Part shown: one piece after another, positions 1 through 7,415 of the stretch
Numbering within the stretch: the first letter of the stretch is position 1
How the letters are laid out: each line of letters begins with the position of its first letter
Source of the DNA: a virus
Lineage: Duplodnaviria > Heunggongvirae > Uroviricota > Caudoviricetes
DNA length: 13,254 bases
IMG/VR virus record: IMGVR_UViG_2734482778_000014
Location: 1 to 13,254 of that record
Direction: 5' to 3' (one strand)
Notes under the pieces: generated by a model
The model's database searches: none
Told to the model about the DNA's origin: nothing
The model's input: the letters and a program-made list of their open reading frames with translations, nothing else
Program-made: the position numbers and the translations under genes

Positions 1-318
1 ATGAAAAAGATAGCTGCTATATCATTAATTAGTATTTTTATTATGTCTGGTTGTGCTGTGCATAATGATGAGACAAGTATCGGTAAATTTGGTCTTGCAT
101 ATAAAAGTAATATTCAGCGTAAACTCGATAACCAATACTACACCGAAGCCGAAGCTTCTTTAGCCAGGGGTAGAATATCTGGTGCAGAAAATATAGTAAA
201 AAATGATGCAACTCATTTCTGTGTTACTCAGGGCAAAAAAATGCAAATAGTTGAGCTGAAGACAGAAGGTGTAGGATTACATGGTGTCGCTCGTCTGACA
301 TTCAAATGTGGAGAGTGA
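1..318 (+). CDS. small predicted outer-membrane lipoprotein (105 aa), function unknown; probable prophage moron
   Basis: ATG at window position 1; N-terminus MKKIAAISLISIFIMSGC has a basic n-region, hydrophobic h-region and lipobox-like MSG|C (Cys18); residue +2 is Ala rather than Asp, so outer-membrane sorting is expected; stop TGA 316-318; visibly AT-richer than the tail genes downstream. Confidence 0.6.
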   Translation: MKKIAAISLISIFIMSGCAVHNDETSIGKFGLAYKSNIQRKLDNQYYTEAEASLARGRISGAENIVKNDATHFCVTQGKKMQIVELKTEGVGLHGVARLTFKCGE

Positions 319-380
319 GAATATTTTTTGGTAAGCGTCAAATATGCGCGTTCTGGCTGTGCGTAGCCGGAACCTGTGGG

Positions 381-413
381 AGCACGATGCCGATAAGTGA
401 AAGGCATCGTGCT
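381..413 (+). other. perfect 11-bp stem-loop (agcacgatgcc / ggcatcgtgct, 11-nt loop) immediately upstream of a strong Shine-Dalgarno AAGGAGG (417-423)
   Basis: Read directly: 381-391 is the exact reverse complement of 403-413. No T-run follows, so it is not a classical intrinsic terminator; it could be a translational or RNA-stability element or a junction remnant. Confidence 0.4.
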
Positions 414-2294
414 ATGAAGGAGGATTCTATCGATGTGGTCAATGGAAGACGGTTACCAGAGATAGGGCTTATGCATAAAAAAATAAGCCCGTGTACCCGC
501 CCTTTGAGTACGACTATAGACCTGAATACGCTTGGAGCCGCCGAACATCTTGGTTTATGGCGTAACAGTAGCTCGGCTATAGCTTCATATGAACGCAATT
601 ATCCAGAGGAAGGCGGCTTTGCTCAGGGGATGCTTGAGATCCTCGAAGGCGGGAATTATGGAAGAACGCAACGTTATACCACTCGCCGTGGAAATATGTA
701 TGTCCGCTGCCTTGCGGCAAGCTGGGATGTATCAAATCCGCAGTGGGAACCGTGGTTAAGAGTCGGTCATCAGTCAGAGAGTCGTTATTACGAAGGTGAT
801 TTAAATGTTCTAACCGACCCCGGTATTTACAGTGTTACAGGAAAGGCAACAAACGGTCCGATGCTGGACACCGTTGGCGCGACACTACTTGGGATACTGG
901 AAGTAATCAGACGTTTTGATGGTGTGTCTGTCTGGCAGCGTTACACAACCACAGGGAAATCAGAAACCACACAGGGACGCACTTTTGAGCGCGTCTACGC
1001 CGGGAGCAAATGGACCGAATGGCGAGAAGTATATAACTCCTTTTCGTTGCCTCTGAATCTGGGCATCGGTGGCGCAGTGGCAAAACTATCCAGTCTGGAC
1101 TGGCAGACCTACGATTTTGTGCCGGGCAGTCTGATAACCGTGCGGCTTGATAACATGACCAACATTCCCGACGGTATGGACTGGGGCGTCATTGATGGCA
1201 ACCTGATAAACATCGCAGTTGGTCCGAGTGATGATTCCGGTACGGGACGCTCAATGCATGTATGGCGAAGCACTGTAAGTAAAGCCAACTACCGCTTTTT
1301 TATGGTGCGCGTTTCAGGAAATCCGGGAAGCCGCACGATTACAACAAGACGAGTACCAATCATTGACGAAGCCCAGACATGGGGCGCGAAACAGACATTC
1401 AGTGCTGGCCTTTCTGGTGAACTGTTCGGCAATGCTGCGACAGCAACAAAGCTGAAAACAGCCCGTAAAATTAATAACGTTTCGTTTGATGGAACATCAG
1501 ATATTAACCTGACGCCTGAAGATATTGGTGCATTGCCAATAACGGGAGGAACTCTTACCGGCGGTTTAACTGCTGCTGGCGAGATTATTTCCAAATCGGC
1601 GAATGGTCTTCGTATTGCCTATGGCAACTATGGATTCTTTATCCGAAACGATGGTTCAAGCACATACCTCATGTTGACCAATTCGGGCGACAGCCTGGGA
1701 ACATGGAATAGTTTAAGGCCGCTTACCATTAATAACGCCAGTGGAGCTGTTTCTATCGGTAATAGTTTAACTGTTAATGGTGATATAGGAACCAATGCTT
1801 GGGTATATGCAAATCGTTTTGCAATTAATAGCAGTACCGGAATGTGGATAAATATGCGTGACCAGAATGTTATTTTTGGACGTAATGCGGTATCCACCGA
1901 TGGTGCTCAGGCATTGTTACGTCAGGACCATGCTGATCGCAAATTTATGATTGGTGGTCTGGGGAATAAGCAATTTGGCATCTACATGATTAATAATTCA
2001 AGGACAGCCAATGGCACCGATGGTCAGGCGTACATGGATAATAACGGGAATTGGCTTTGCGGTGCGCAAGTTATTCCCGGCAATTATGGTAATTTTGACT
2101 CACGCTATGTGAGAGATGTCAGACTTGGCACACGTGTTGTTCAGACCATGCAAAAAGGCGTGATGTATGAAAAATCAGGTCATGTAATCACGGGGCTTGG
2201 TATTGTCGGTGAAGTCGATGGTGATGACCCGGCAGTATTCAGACCTGTTCAAAAATACATTAACGGAACATGGTATAACGTATCGCAGGTGTAA
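414..2294 (+). CDS. H: phage tail fiber protein with P2 gpH-like C-terminus; N-terminal part divergent, start codon ambiguous
   Basis: Long ORF in frame with the track ORF 306..2294. The C-terminal ~70 aa (NYGNFDSRYVRDVRLGTRVVQTMQKGVMYEKSGHVITGLGIVGEVDGDDPAVFRPVQKYINGTWYNVSQV) matches the conserved P2 H / Mu S / P1 S-type fiber C-terminus as I recall it; the motif GNAATATKLKTARKINNVSFDGTSDINLTPEDIGAL is typical of enterobacterial prophage tail fibers; it is followed by a tail fiber assembly gene. Possible starts: ATG 306 (no SD, overlaps lipoprotein gene), ATG 387, ATG 414, or GTG 435 (11 nt after AAGGAGG). Symbol refers to the P2 homologue by C-terminal similarity only. Confidence 0.8.
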   Translation: MKEDSIDVVNGRRLPEIGLMHKKISPCTRPLSTTIDLNTLGAAEHLGLWRNSSSAIASYERNYPEEGGFAQGMLEILEGGNYGRTQRYTTRRGNMYVRCLAASWDVSNPQWEPWLRVGHQSESRYYEGDLNVLTDPGIYSVTGKATNGPMLDTVGATLLGILEVIRRFDGVSVWQRYTTTGKSETTQGRTFERVYAGSKWTEWREVYNSFSLPLNLGIGGAVAKLSSLDWQTYDFVPGSLITVRLDNMTNIPDGMDWGVIDGNLINIAVGPSDDSGTGRSMHVWRSTVSKANYRFFMVRVSGNPGSRTITTRRVPIIDEAQTWGAKQTFSAGLSGELFGNAATATKLKTARKINNVSFDGTSDINLTPEDIGALPITGGTLTGGLTAAGEIISKSANGLRIAYGNYGFFIRNDGSSTYLMLTNSGDSLGTWNSLRPLTINNASGAVSIGNSLTVNGDIGTNAWVYANRFAINSSTGMWINMRDQNVIFGRNAVSTDGAQALLRQDHADRKFMIGGLGNKQFGIYMINNSRTANGTDGQAYMDNNGNWLCGAQVIPGNYGNFDSRYVRDVRLGTRVVQTMQKGVMYEKSGHVITGLGIVGEVDGDDPAVFRPVQKYINGTWYNVSQV

Positions 2295-2297
2295 TTT

Positions 2298-2825
2298 ATG
2301 CAACACTTAAAAAACATTATTGCGGGAAATCCAAAAACGGTTGAGCAATATAAACTGACAAAGAATTTTGATGTTATCTGGTTATGGGCCGAAGACGGAA
2401 AAAACTGGTATGAGGAAGTAAGTAATTTTCAGGAAGACACGATAAAGATTGTTTACGACGAGCATAATATTATTGTCGCCATCACCAAAGATGCCTCCAC
2501 GCTTAACCCTGAAGGTTTTAGCGTTGTCGAGGTTCCTGATATTACCGCCAACCGACGTGCTGATGACTCAGGTAAATGGATGTTTAAGGGTGGTGCCGTG
2601 ATTAAGCGGATTTATACGGCAGATGAACAGCAGCAACAGGCAGAATCACAAAAGGCCGCGTTACTTTCCGAAGCGGAAAGCGTTATTCAGCCACTGGAAC
2701 GCGCTGTCAGGCTGAATATGGCGACGGATGAGGAGCGCACACGGCTGGCTGTATGGGAACGCTACAGTGTTCTGGTCAGTCGTGTGGATCTTGCAAATCC
2801 CGAATGGCCGGAAATGCCGCAATAA
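2298..2825 (+). CDS. G: tail fiber assembly protein (P2 gpG / Tfa family), 175 aa
   Basis: ATG 2298 with AGGTG SD, 3 nt after the fiber stop; 175 aa, the same length as P2 G; sits directly downstream of the fiber gene, the conserved Tfa position. Similarity is from recalled sequence, not a search. Confidence 0.88.
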   Translation: MQHLKNIIAGNPKTVEQYKLTKNFDVIWLWAEDGKNWYEEVSNFQEDTIKIVYDEHNIIVAITKDASTLNPEGFSVVEVPDITANRRADDSGKWMFKGGAVIKRIYTADEQQQQAESQKAALLSEAESVIQPLERAVRLNMATDEERTRLAVWERYSVLVSRVDLANPEWPEMPQ

Positions 2826-2859
2826 GTTGTATGAGCTCTGGAGTGAGCTAACGTATCGA

Positions 2860-2901
2860 TAGCACAGAGTAAAGCCTAATCTGACAGTCCGCTCTGTGCT
2901 A
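2860..2901. repeat. perfect 10-bp inverted repeat (tagcacagag ... ctctgtgcta) separated by 22 bp
   Basis: Read directly: 2860-2869 is the exact reverse complement of 2892-2901. Lies in the intergenic region between gene G and the convergent ABC ATPase gene, at the left boundary of the AT-rich cassette. Confidence 0.6.
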
Positions 2902-2959
2902 GGTGCAGACATAGCTTAGAGCAGCTTGTGTAAATCTGCAGGGACGAGCTTAAAGAAGC

Positions 2960-2986
2960 GCCGCCTTCATAGAAGGCAGCATTTTA
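2960..2986. terminator. candidate bidirectional intrinsic terminator between convergent genes
   Basis: Stem gccgccttc (2960-2968) / gaaggcagc (2972-2980), 9 bp with one C-A mismatch and a 3-nt loop, followed by ATTTT on the plus strand and by CTTCTTT on the minus strand; 4 nt from the ABC ATPase stop codon (2984-2986). Confidence 0.45.
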
Positions 2987-5344
2987 CATTTGTCTACTAT
3001 CAATACCTGAACGTGCTGCTTCCATGAAGTTGATCCTTCCTGCTGGCATACCAAATTTTTTGTATTTATAACGAAAATAGGCCGACATACGGTCTTCATG
3101 CGTTGATATAATTATCTGACGATCTCGGAATTCAGTTCGTAGTAACTCGACAAAGCCAGCTACATTAATTTCGTCCAGTGTCTGAACAGGATCATCTACG
3201 AGCAATAGAGAGTGCTTGGCGTACCGCTGATTCAAGGCAAGAGTAAATGATAGTACCAATGCTGAAAGCTGGCCCGAACTCATGGAAAAGACGGCATCAT
3301 GCTCATGCCCTGGTGTTTCATTGAAGGCGATAGAATTACCATCATTTTCTATGAAGATACCCAGCCCCTGCTGATAACTTTGCATAAGGCGACCTGAATA
3401 GATATGAAATAGAATCTCAATCTCTTTAACTATAGATTCGAGATACGATCTTTTCTCACTCTCATAAATTCTTTTGATTTTCTGTAGATGACCTTTCAGT
3501 TTATCGGCCTTTCTAATTAATATTTCAGCTTTATTATACTCCAACTCACATTCCGAGATGTATTTAGATAAAGCAATGGATTGTTGCTGCCCTAAATAAG
3601 TTTTTTTCAATTCAAGTCTTGAGGGGGTGATATATTTAACCGAGAGGGGGTCGTTATTAAACACTTCACGAAAAACTCTCTCAAAATCATCATGGATACA
3701 GCTGTCGTCAACTGGTTTAAATATTTCACGAACGCGACGCTCGAGTTCATCTATCGCGAGTTGTGTTACAGGTTCAAAATTATCGCACAGTAAGTCCTGA
3801 AATATAACCCCCCCAGCTAGTAGTTGTTTATAATAATTTTCTAACCACAGGATTTGTTCTTCTGATAAACTTGTTAGTTGGCGCTTACGCTCAATACTTT
3901 CTTTCTCTTGCACCAGATATGTCTGCAGTACAATTTCAATGGGCTCCTGCCAGTTGCGTCTGAAATTGGCTAGTGCTTGTGAGAATTGATCATTCTGTTG
4001 CTCGGCTAAATTTTCTAGAATTATACGTTGGTTTTCAATTCCTCCAAGCAGAGCATCAGCCGTTGGCCAAGGATGTCCACACGTAGGGCAAATATTTGTC
4101 AAATCGCAGTGAGATTCATGCTTCCTGAAAGCACTTACCATTTGCTCGCGTGTTTGTAGCAGCGCCGCATAGCATTCCTGAACTTTATCTGAATTAGCTA
4201 ACTGCAATTTGAGCCCGGCTACCTGTTGATGAAACTCCTCCGGCGATAGGGTTTCCGGGAGGAGAGTGACCAGTGGAGCAGTGATCACCAAACGATCTTC
4301 ATTGATAGCCTTTATTGTATCTTTAAATGCGTCACTTAGTGCTAAGGCTGATTCAAAACAAGCAACGTCATCCTGCCATTTGTTCCTTTGTTCAATAGAT
4401 TGATAATACATCAAAAACCGCTGTTGTAGCTCCTGTTTAGGGAGGAGTTTCTTTATCAATTCATTATTATATAGCTGATTTTCATATTGTTCGAAATTTT
4501 CAGTAAAACGTCGGACTCGGAATAACTCTCCATCTGCAGATAACCACTGTTCGAATTGCTGTGCATCAACCTCCACAACATCACGATCCCATGGTTGATC
4601 TGTAATTGCGATAATCCTTTCATATGCAACAGAACTATCTGCTGGTAGCATCTGCTGCTTAGCTAGGTCCCATTTATCTTTAAGTTGTTTCATTTCGGCA
4701 TATTTCTGTGGATTACACAATTTACCGATTTTGGTTGATGCCAAGTTAATATTACTAATTTTGTCCTGAATGTCTCCAATATCGAACAGATGTGCAATCT
4801 GGCTCTGTCTATCTTTTTCCTTTTGTTTTAGCAACCGAGTGTTTTCTTCTTGCTCAACATAATGAAACAATTCAAAATCACGTTGATACTGATCTCCTAG
4901 TAAGGCAGAAAGGTATGATTCTTCTTGCGAAATAGCTTCACCTCGCTCCGCGTTGAAATCGGCTAATTCATAAAGAGGAAGCCTTAAATCAGCTACGCCT
5001 TTATGTTCATCTAGAACTGCTTTGCTGGCTGCTCTCTCGAGAAAACAACTACTCCCATCAACTAAGATCTCGGCACGGATTGAAAGCCAATCATCATTTC
5101 TCGCTTGTTTGAATAACCAAGGACAGCCAGTTTTCAAGCTTCGTCGATCTATTGTAAGTTTTTCGAGTTCAATATAGCGCCGGATTTTTCCTGTCAGTAG
5201 CAGTTCTAGTGCATCAAAAAAAGATGATTTACCGAAACCATTGGGACCATCAAGAACAATGAGATATTCACTTTCAAGAGTTAACTCTAGTTTCTCAAAG
5301 ACTTTAAAATTACGTACTTCTAGGCGTTTAACAATCAATTTCAT
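2984..5344 (-). CDS. SMC/Rad50-like ABC ATPase with long coiled-coil insert (LmuB / DdmC-like, ABC-three-component family)
   Basis: Preferred start ATG 5344-5342 (MKLIVKRLEVRNFKVF..., preceded by GAGG); the track ORF begins at an upstream GTG at 5368. Walker A GPNGFGKS at nt 5225-5248; about 650 residues rich in Q/E/K/L heptad-like sequence; CPTC (CxxC) at nt 4079-4090 near the protein midpoint; C-terminal signature-like SSGQ (3269-3280), Walker B LLLVDD (3191-3208) and H-loop STHED (His codon 3098-3100). Stop TAA 2984-2986. Confidence 0.85.
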   Translation of the reverse strand: MKLIVKRLEVRNFKVFEKLELTLESEYLIVLDGPNGFGKSSFFDALELLLTGKIRRYIELEKLTIDRRSLKTGCPWLFKQARNDDWLSIRAEILVDGSSCFLERAASKAVLDEHKGVADLRLPLYELADFNAERGEAISQEESYLSALLGDQYQRDFELFHYVEQEENTRLLKQKEKDRQSQIAHLFDIGDIQDKISNINLASTKIGKLCNPQKYAEMKQLKDKWDLAKQQMLPADSSVAYERIIAITDQPWDRDVVEVDAQQFEQWLSADGELFRVRRFTENFEQYENQLYNNELIKKLLPKQELQQRFLMYYQSIEQRNKWQDDVACFESALALSDAFKDTIKAINEDRLVITAPLVTLLPETLSPEEFHQQVAGLKLQLANSDKVQECYAALLQTREQMVSAFRKHESHCDLTNICPTCGHPWPTADALLGGIENQRIILENLAEQQNDQFSQALANFRRNWQEPIEIVLQTYLVQEKESIERKRQLTSLSEEQILWLENYYKQLLAGGVIFQDLLCDNFEPVTQLAIDELERRVREIFKPVDDSCIHDDFERVFREVFNNDPLSVKYITPSRLELKKTYLGQQQSIALSKYISECELEYNKAEILIRKADKLKGHLQKIKRIYESEKRSYLESIVKEIEILFHIYSGRLMQSYQQGLGIFIENDGNSIAFNETPGHEHDAVFSMSSGQLSALVLSFTLALNQRYAKHSLLLVDDPVQTLDEINVAGFVELLRTEFRDRQIIISTHEDRMSAYFRYKYKKFGMPAGRINFMEAARSGIDSRQM

Positions 5345-6032
5345 AACCTGCCTCAGATAATTTATCACCCATGGAAATTAATAGATCTTCCGGTAATACA
5401 TCCTGTGATACAATCTGAGCAGCTAAAGAATCAATAACTGAGTCGAATGTAGTTAATAGAGCAGGGTTATCCGTGCGCTGAATTTTTTCATTAATACTTC
5501 GTTCAAGGCTAGCTAAATCAGAATTACCAAAGCTATTAACTGCTATAAAAGGCAGTTTTATCACAAGTCTGTATAGTAGGCTTTGCCATCCACCTTGTAG
5601 GTAATGAGATTTATATTCGGTAAAGGTATCAGGAGAAGTAATCAATTCGCGAAAGACTGCTGCGAGTCCTTGGGTATCAACCTGCTGGTATAAAGCTTCA
5701 AGCTCTGCGGTAGTATATGGAAGTACGTGTTTCTTGAAGAAATAACTATCTTCTTCCGCATGATGAACTCTTTTACTACAAAGCACACTTGAGCTGTCAG
5801 TGTTCCATACAATCAATAAATTAATGTTTTTCTCAAGTGCGGGATCGGATGTGGCTTTTTTACATTCATTCAACCACCCAGCTTGGATTTCAGGTGTAAT
5901 TATCGGCTCACCAAAGACTACTAACCAGAAATTTTTCTTACCCAGTGTACTGTATTCGTATAACGCCAAGTCTGTGGAATGTTTACGCGTCAGTCCTTCT
6001 GATTCCAACAATTGCTCAATTAGGTTCTGCAT
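5328..6032 (-). CDS. hypothetical protein, 234 aa; candidate middle component of an ABC-three-component / Lamassu-like system (LmuC / DdmB position)
   Basis: ATG 6032-6030; stop TAA 5328-5330; no motif I can recognise. Sandwiched between the putative effector and the ABC ATPase with 17-nt overlaps on both sides, indicating a co-translated operon. Family assignment is by position only. Confidence 0.5.
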   Translation of the reverse strand: MQNLIEQLLESEGLTRKHSTDLALYEYSTLGKKNFWLVVFGEPIITPEIQAGWLNECKKATSDPALEKNINLLIVWNTDSSSVLCSKRVHHAEEDSYFFKKHVLPYTTAELEALYQQVDTQGLAAVFRELITSPDTFTEYKSHYLQGGWQSLLYRLVIKLPFIAVNSFGNSDLASLERSINEKIQRTDNPALLTTFDSVIDSLAAQIVSQDVLPEDLLISMGDKLSEAGYEIDC

Positions 6033-7332
6033 CTTTCAAACTCTCAGGTACATTGTTTAAAGAAACCATAGCCACCTTCTTATAATTCCCGATGCGGTTT
6101 TCCCTTAGTAATTCGTGTTCAATGGTATCCACTCCCTCAGTGGCGTCGATACCTACGAGTACGTCAGAGATTGAAGGTCTGTCTATGGCGCTGGTGATAA
6201 GTACACCGCCCTCAAATAAACATTCTACATCTTCGCTAATTGCCTGTTGCATGATGTCATGACAGATACTTTCCTGATGCTCTACAGCATGGTGGATACC
6301 TGTTGGATAATAGAAAAGCCCATCATTTAGCCAAGAGAATGCAACACCAGAAACTTCATTTCGTGCAGCCTGAACTAGTTTCCAGAAAATTGTAAACATC
6401 CCAAGTCGCATTGCATCACGATCAAGTGATTGTTCCTTAAATTCATCAAGAGTTCTAAAACGTCCCTTTTTATGCGGCATCGTTGCTCTCAGGAATGACT
6501 TCATTCCATCAACATCCAACGCAGTGATAGCAGCCAGATAGTCATCTAACTTTTGACATGCTGCTTGGGAGAAGCCGTCTTGGCGATCACAAAACTCTTG
6601 GTAGTATGTGCCAATATCAATCTGCAGGCGGCTAAGGAAGAACGCTTCATTCTCAAACGGAGTATAATCGTTTGCTTCGATTACACCATACAACTCAGAA
6701 AACTCGATGAATTCGCCAGCTGCGATTGCCGTCTGATGACGCACAGACTCGTGTATCCGACTATGGGTCATAATGACTTTTGAATTTACTATGGCTTCAA
6801 GCGTGTTCTGAATATTTGCAACGAGATGAATCTTCCAGGCGGGTAGTACTGCGATATTAGAAAGTAGGCTGGTAAGTTTATTCCTAATCAATCTGTCCAC
6901 CTCACTCAGTGGGCAAAAGGATTGTGTGGCATTTCCTTCTACATCAGGTGGAATAGGGTAAGCATAAAATCTCACTGGTCCATAGTCAGCCTCAAATGTT
7001 GCCGGAACGTTCATTACTTCGCGAGCCACATGGAAATAAGCGAGCTGCACACCTCGCTCCCTCGCACTATCCCGTTGGGTAGTGATGCCATCTCTGTAGG
7101 CGGAAAAGCGCGTGTCTTTGTACGCTTTGACCTGATGCATTGACAGGCATTGCTGGTGACGAAAAATTGCGAAATCATCCTGGCTTTCTAGCTGCAGTTT
7201 CAAATCTCGGTTCGCTTCATAATCTGAGGACATCATCTTCAAACAGTGGTACAGCGCCAGCTTGCCCTGATAGACAAATCCACTCCACGTAGAGATGGCT
7301 GTGTGTGGAAAAACTTGAGGAACAACTGCCAT
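6016..7332 (-). CDS. putative nuclease effector with N-terminal PD-(D/E)xK-like motifs (Cap4/DUF4297-like; LmuA / DdmA position)
   Basis: Preferred start ATG 7332-7330 (MAVVPQVF..., upstream AAGGGA); the track ORF begins at GTG 7347. N-terminal region contains GFVYQ (nt 7267-7281), then LQLESQDDFAIF and MHQVK: Asp codons at 7174-7179 and Q-x-K at 7126-7134, a spacing and context consistent with a restriction-endonuclease-like D...(E/Q)xK core. The C-terminal ~300 aa has no recognisable motif. Stop TGA 6016-6018. Confidence 0.5.
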   Translation of the reverse strand: MAVVPQVFPHTAISTWSGFVYQGKLALYHCLKMMSSDYEANRDLKLQLESQDDFAIFRHQQCLSMHQVKAYKDTRFSAYRDGITTQRDSARERGVQLAYFHVAREVMNVPATFEADYGPVRFYAYPIPPDVEGNATQSFCPLSEVDRLIRNKLTSLLSNIAVLPAWKIHLVANIQNTLEAIVNSKVIMTHSRIHESVRHQTAIAAGEFIEFSELYGVIEANDYTPFENEAFFLSRLQIDIGTYYQEFCDRQDGFSQAACQKLDDYLAAITALDVDGMKSFLRATMPHKKGRFRTLDEFKEQSLDRDAMRLGMFTIFWKLVQAARNEVSGVAFSWLNDGLFYYPTGIHHAVEHQESICHDIMQQAISEDVECLFEGGVLITSAIDRPSISDVLVGIDATEGVDTIEHELLRENRIGNYKKVAMVSLNNVPESLKDAEPN

Positions 7333-7415
7333 GAGATCCCTTATCACTTTAGATTCACATCATTGGGACATTCTCAGCACGGAGACTCTTCCCATCCTCT
7401 AACGATATATAGCCT

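Noticed and set aside
1-318. Homology of the lipoprotein to lambda Bor/Iss, suggested by a short shared-looking motif (GAENIVK here versus GAENVVK as I recall in Bor)
   Set aside because: A 7-residue resemblance recalled from memory is too weak to assert homology; the rest of the sequence does not obviously align. Left as an untested possibility.
306-413. ATG 306 as the tail fiber start (longest ORF)
   Set aside because: Overlaps the lipoprotein gene, has no ribosome-binding site, and would place an 11-bp hairpin inside the first 35 codons; a downstream start is more plausible but remains unresolved.
338-1897. Minus-strand ORFs antisense to the tail fiber gene (338..598, 1289..1594, 1628..1897)
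   Set aside because: Embedded in the fiber coding region, no start-site context, translations without features; treated as frame shadows.
2661-2912. Minus-strand ORF 2661..2912 (83 aa) spanning the end of gene G and the intergenic repeat
   Set aside because: Mostly antisense to gene G, no RBS, no recognisable features.
5345-5368. GTG 5368 as start of the ABC ATPase, and GTG 7347 as start of the effector (the track ORF starts)
   Set aside because: Both are GTG codons without a Shine-Dalgarno, whereas in-frame ATGs slightly downstream (5344 and 7332) have GAGG or AAGGGA upstream, and ATG 5344 gives the typical MKL...RNFK ABC N-terminus and a symmetric 17-nt overlap. Upstream starts cannot be fully excluded.
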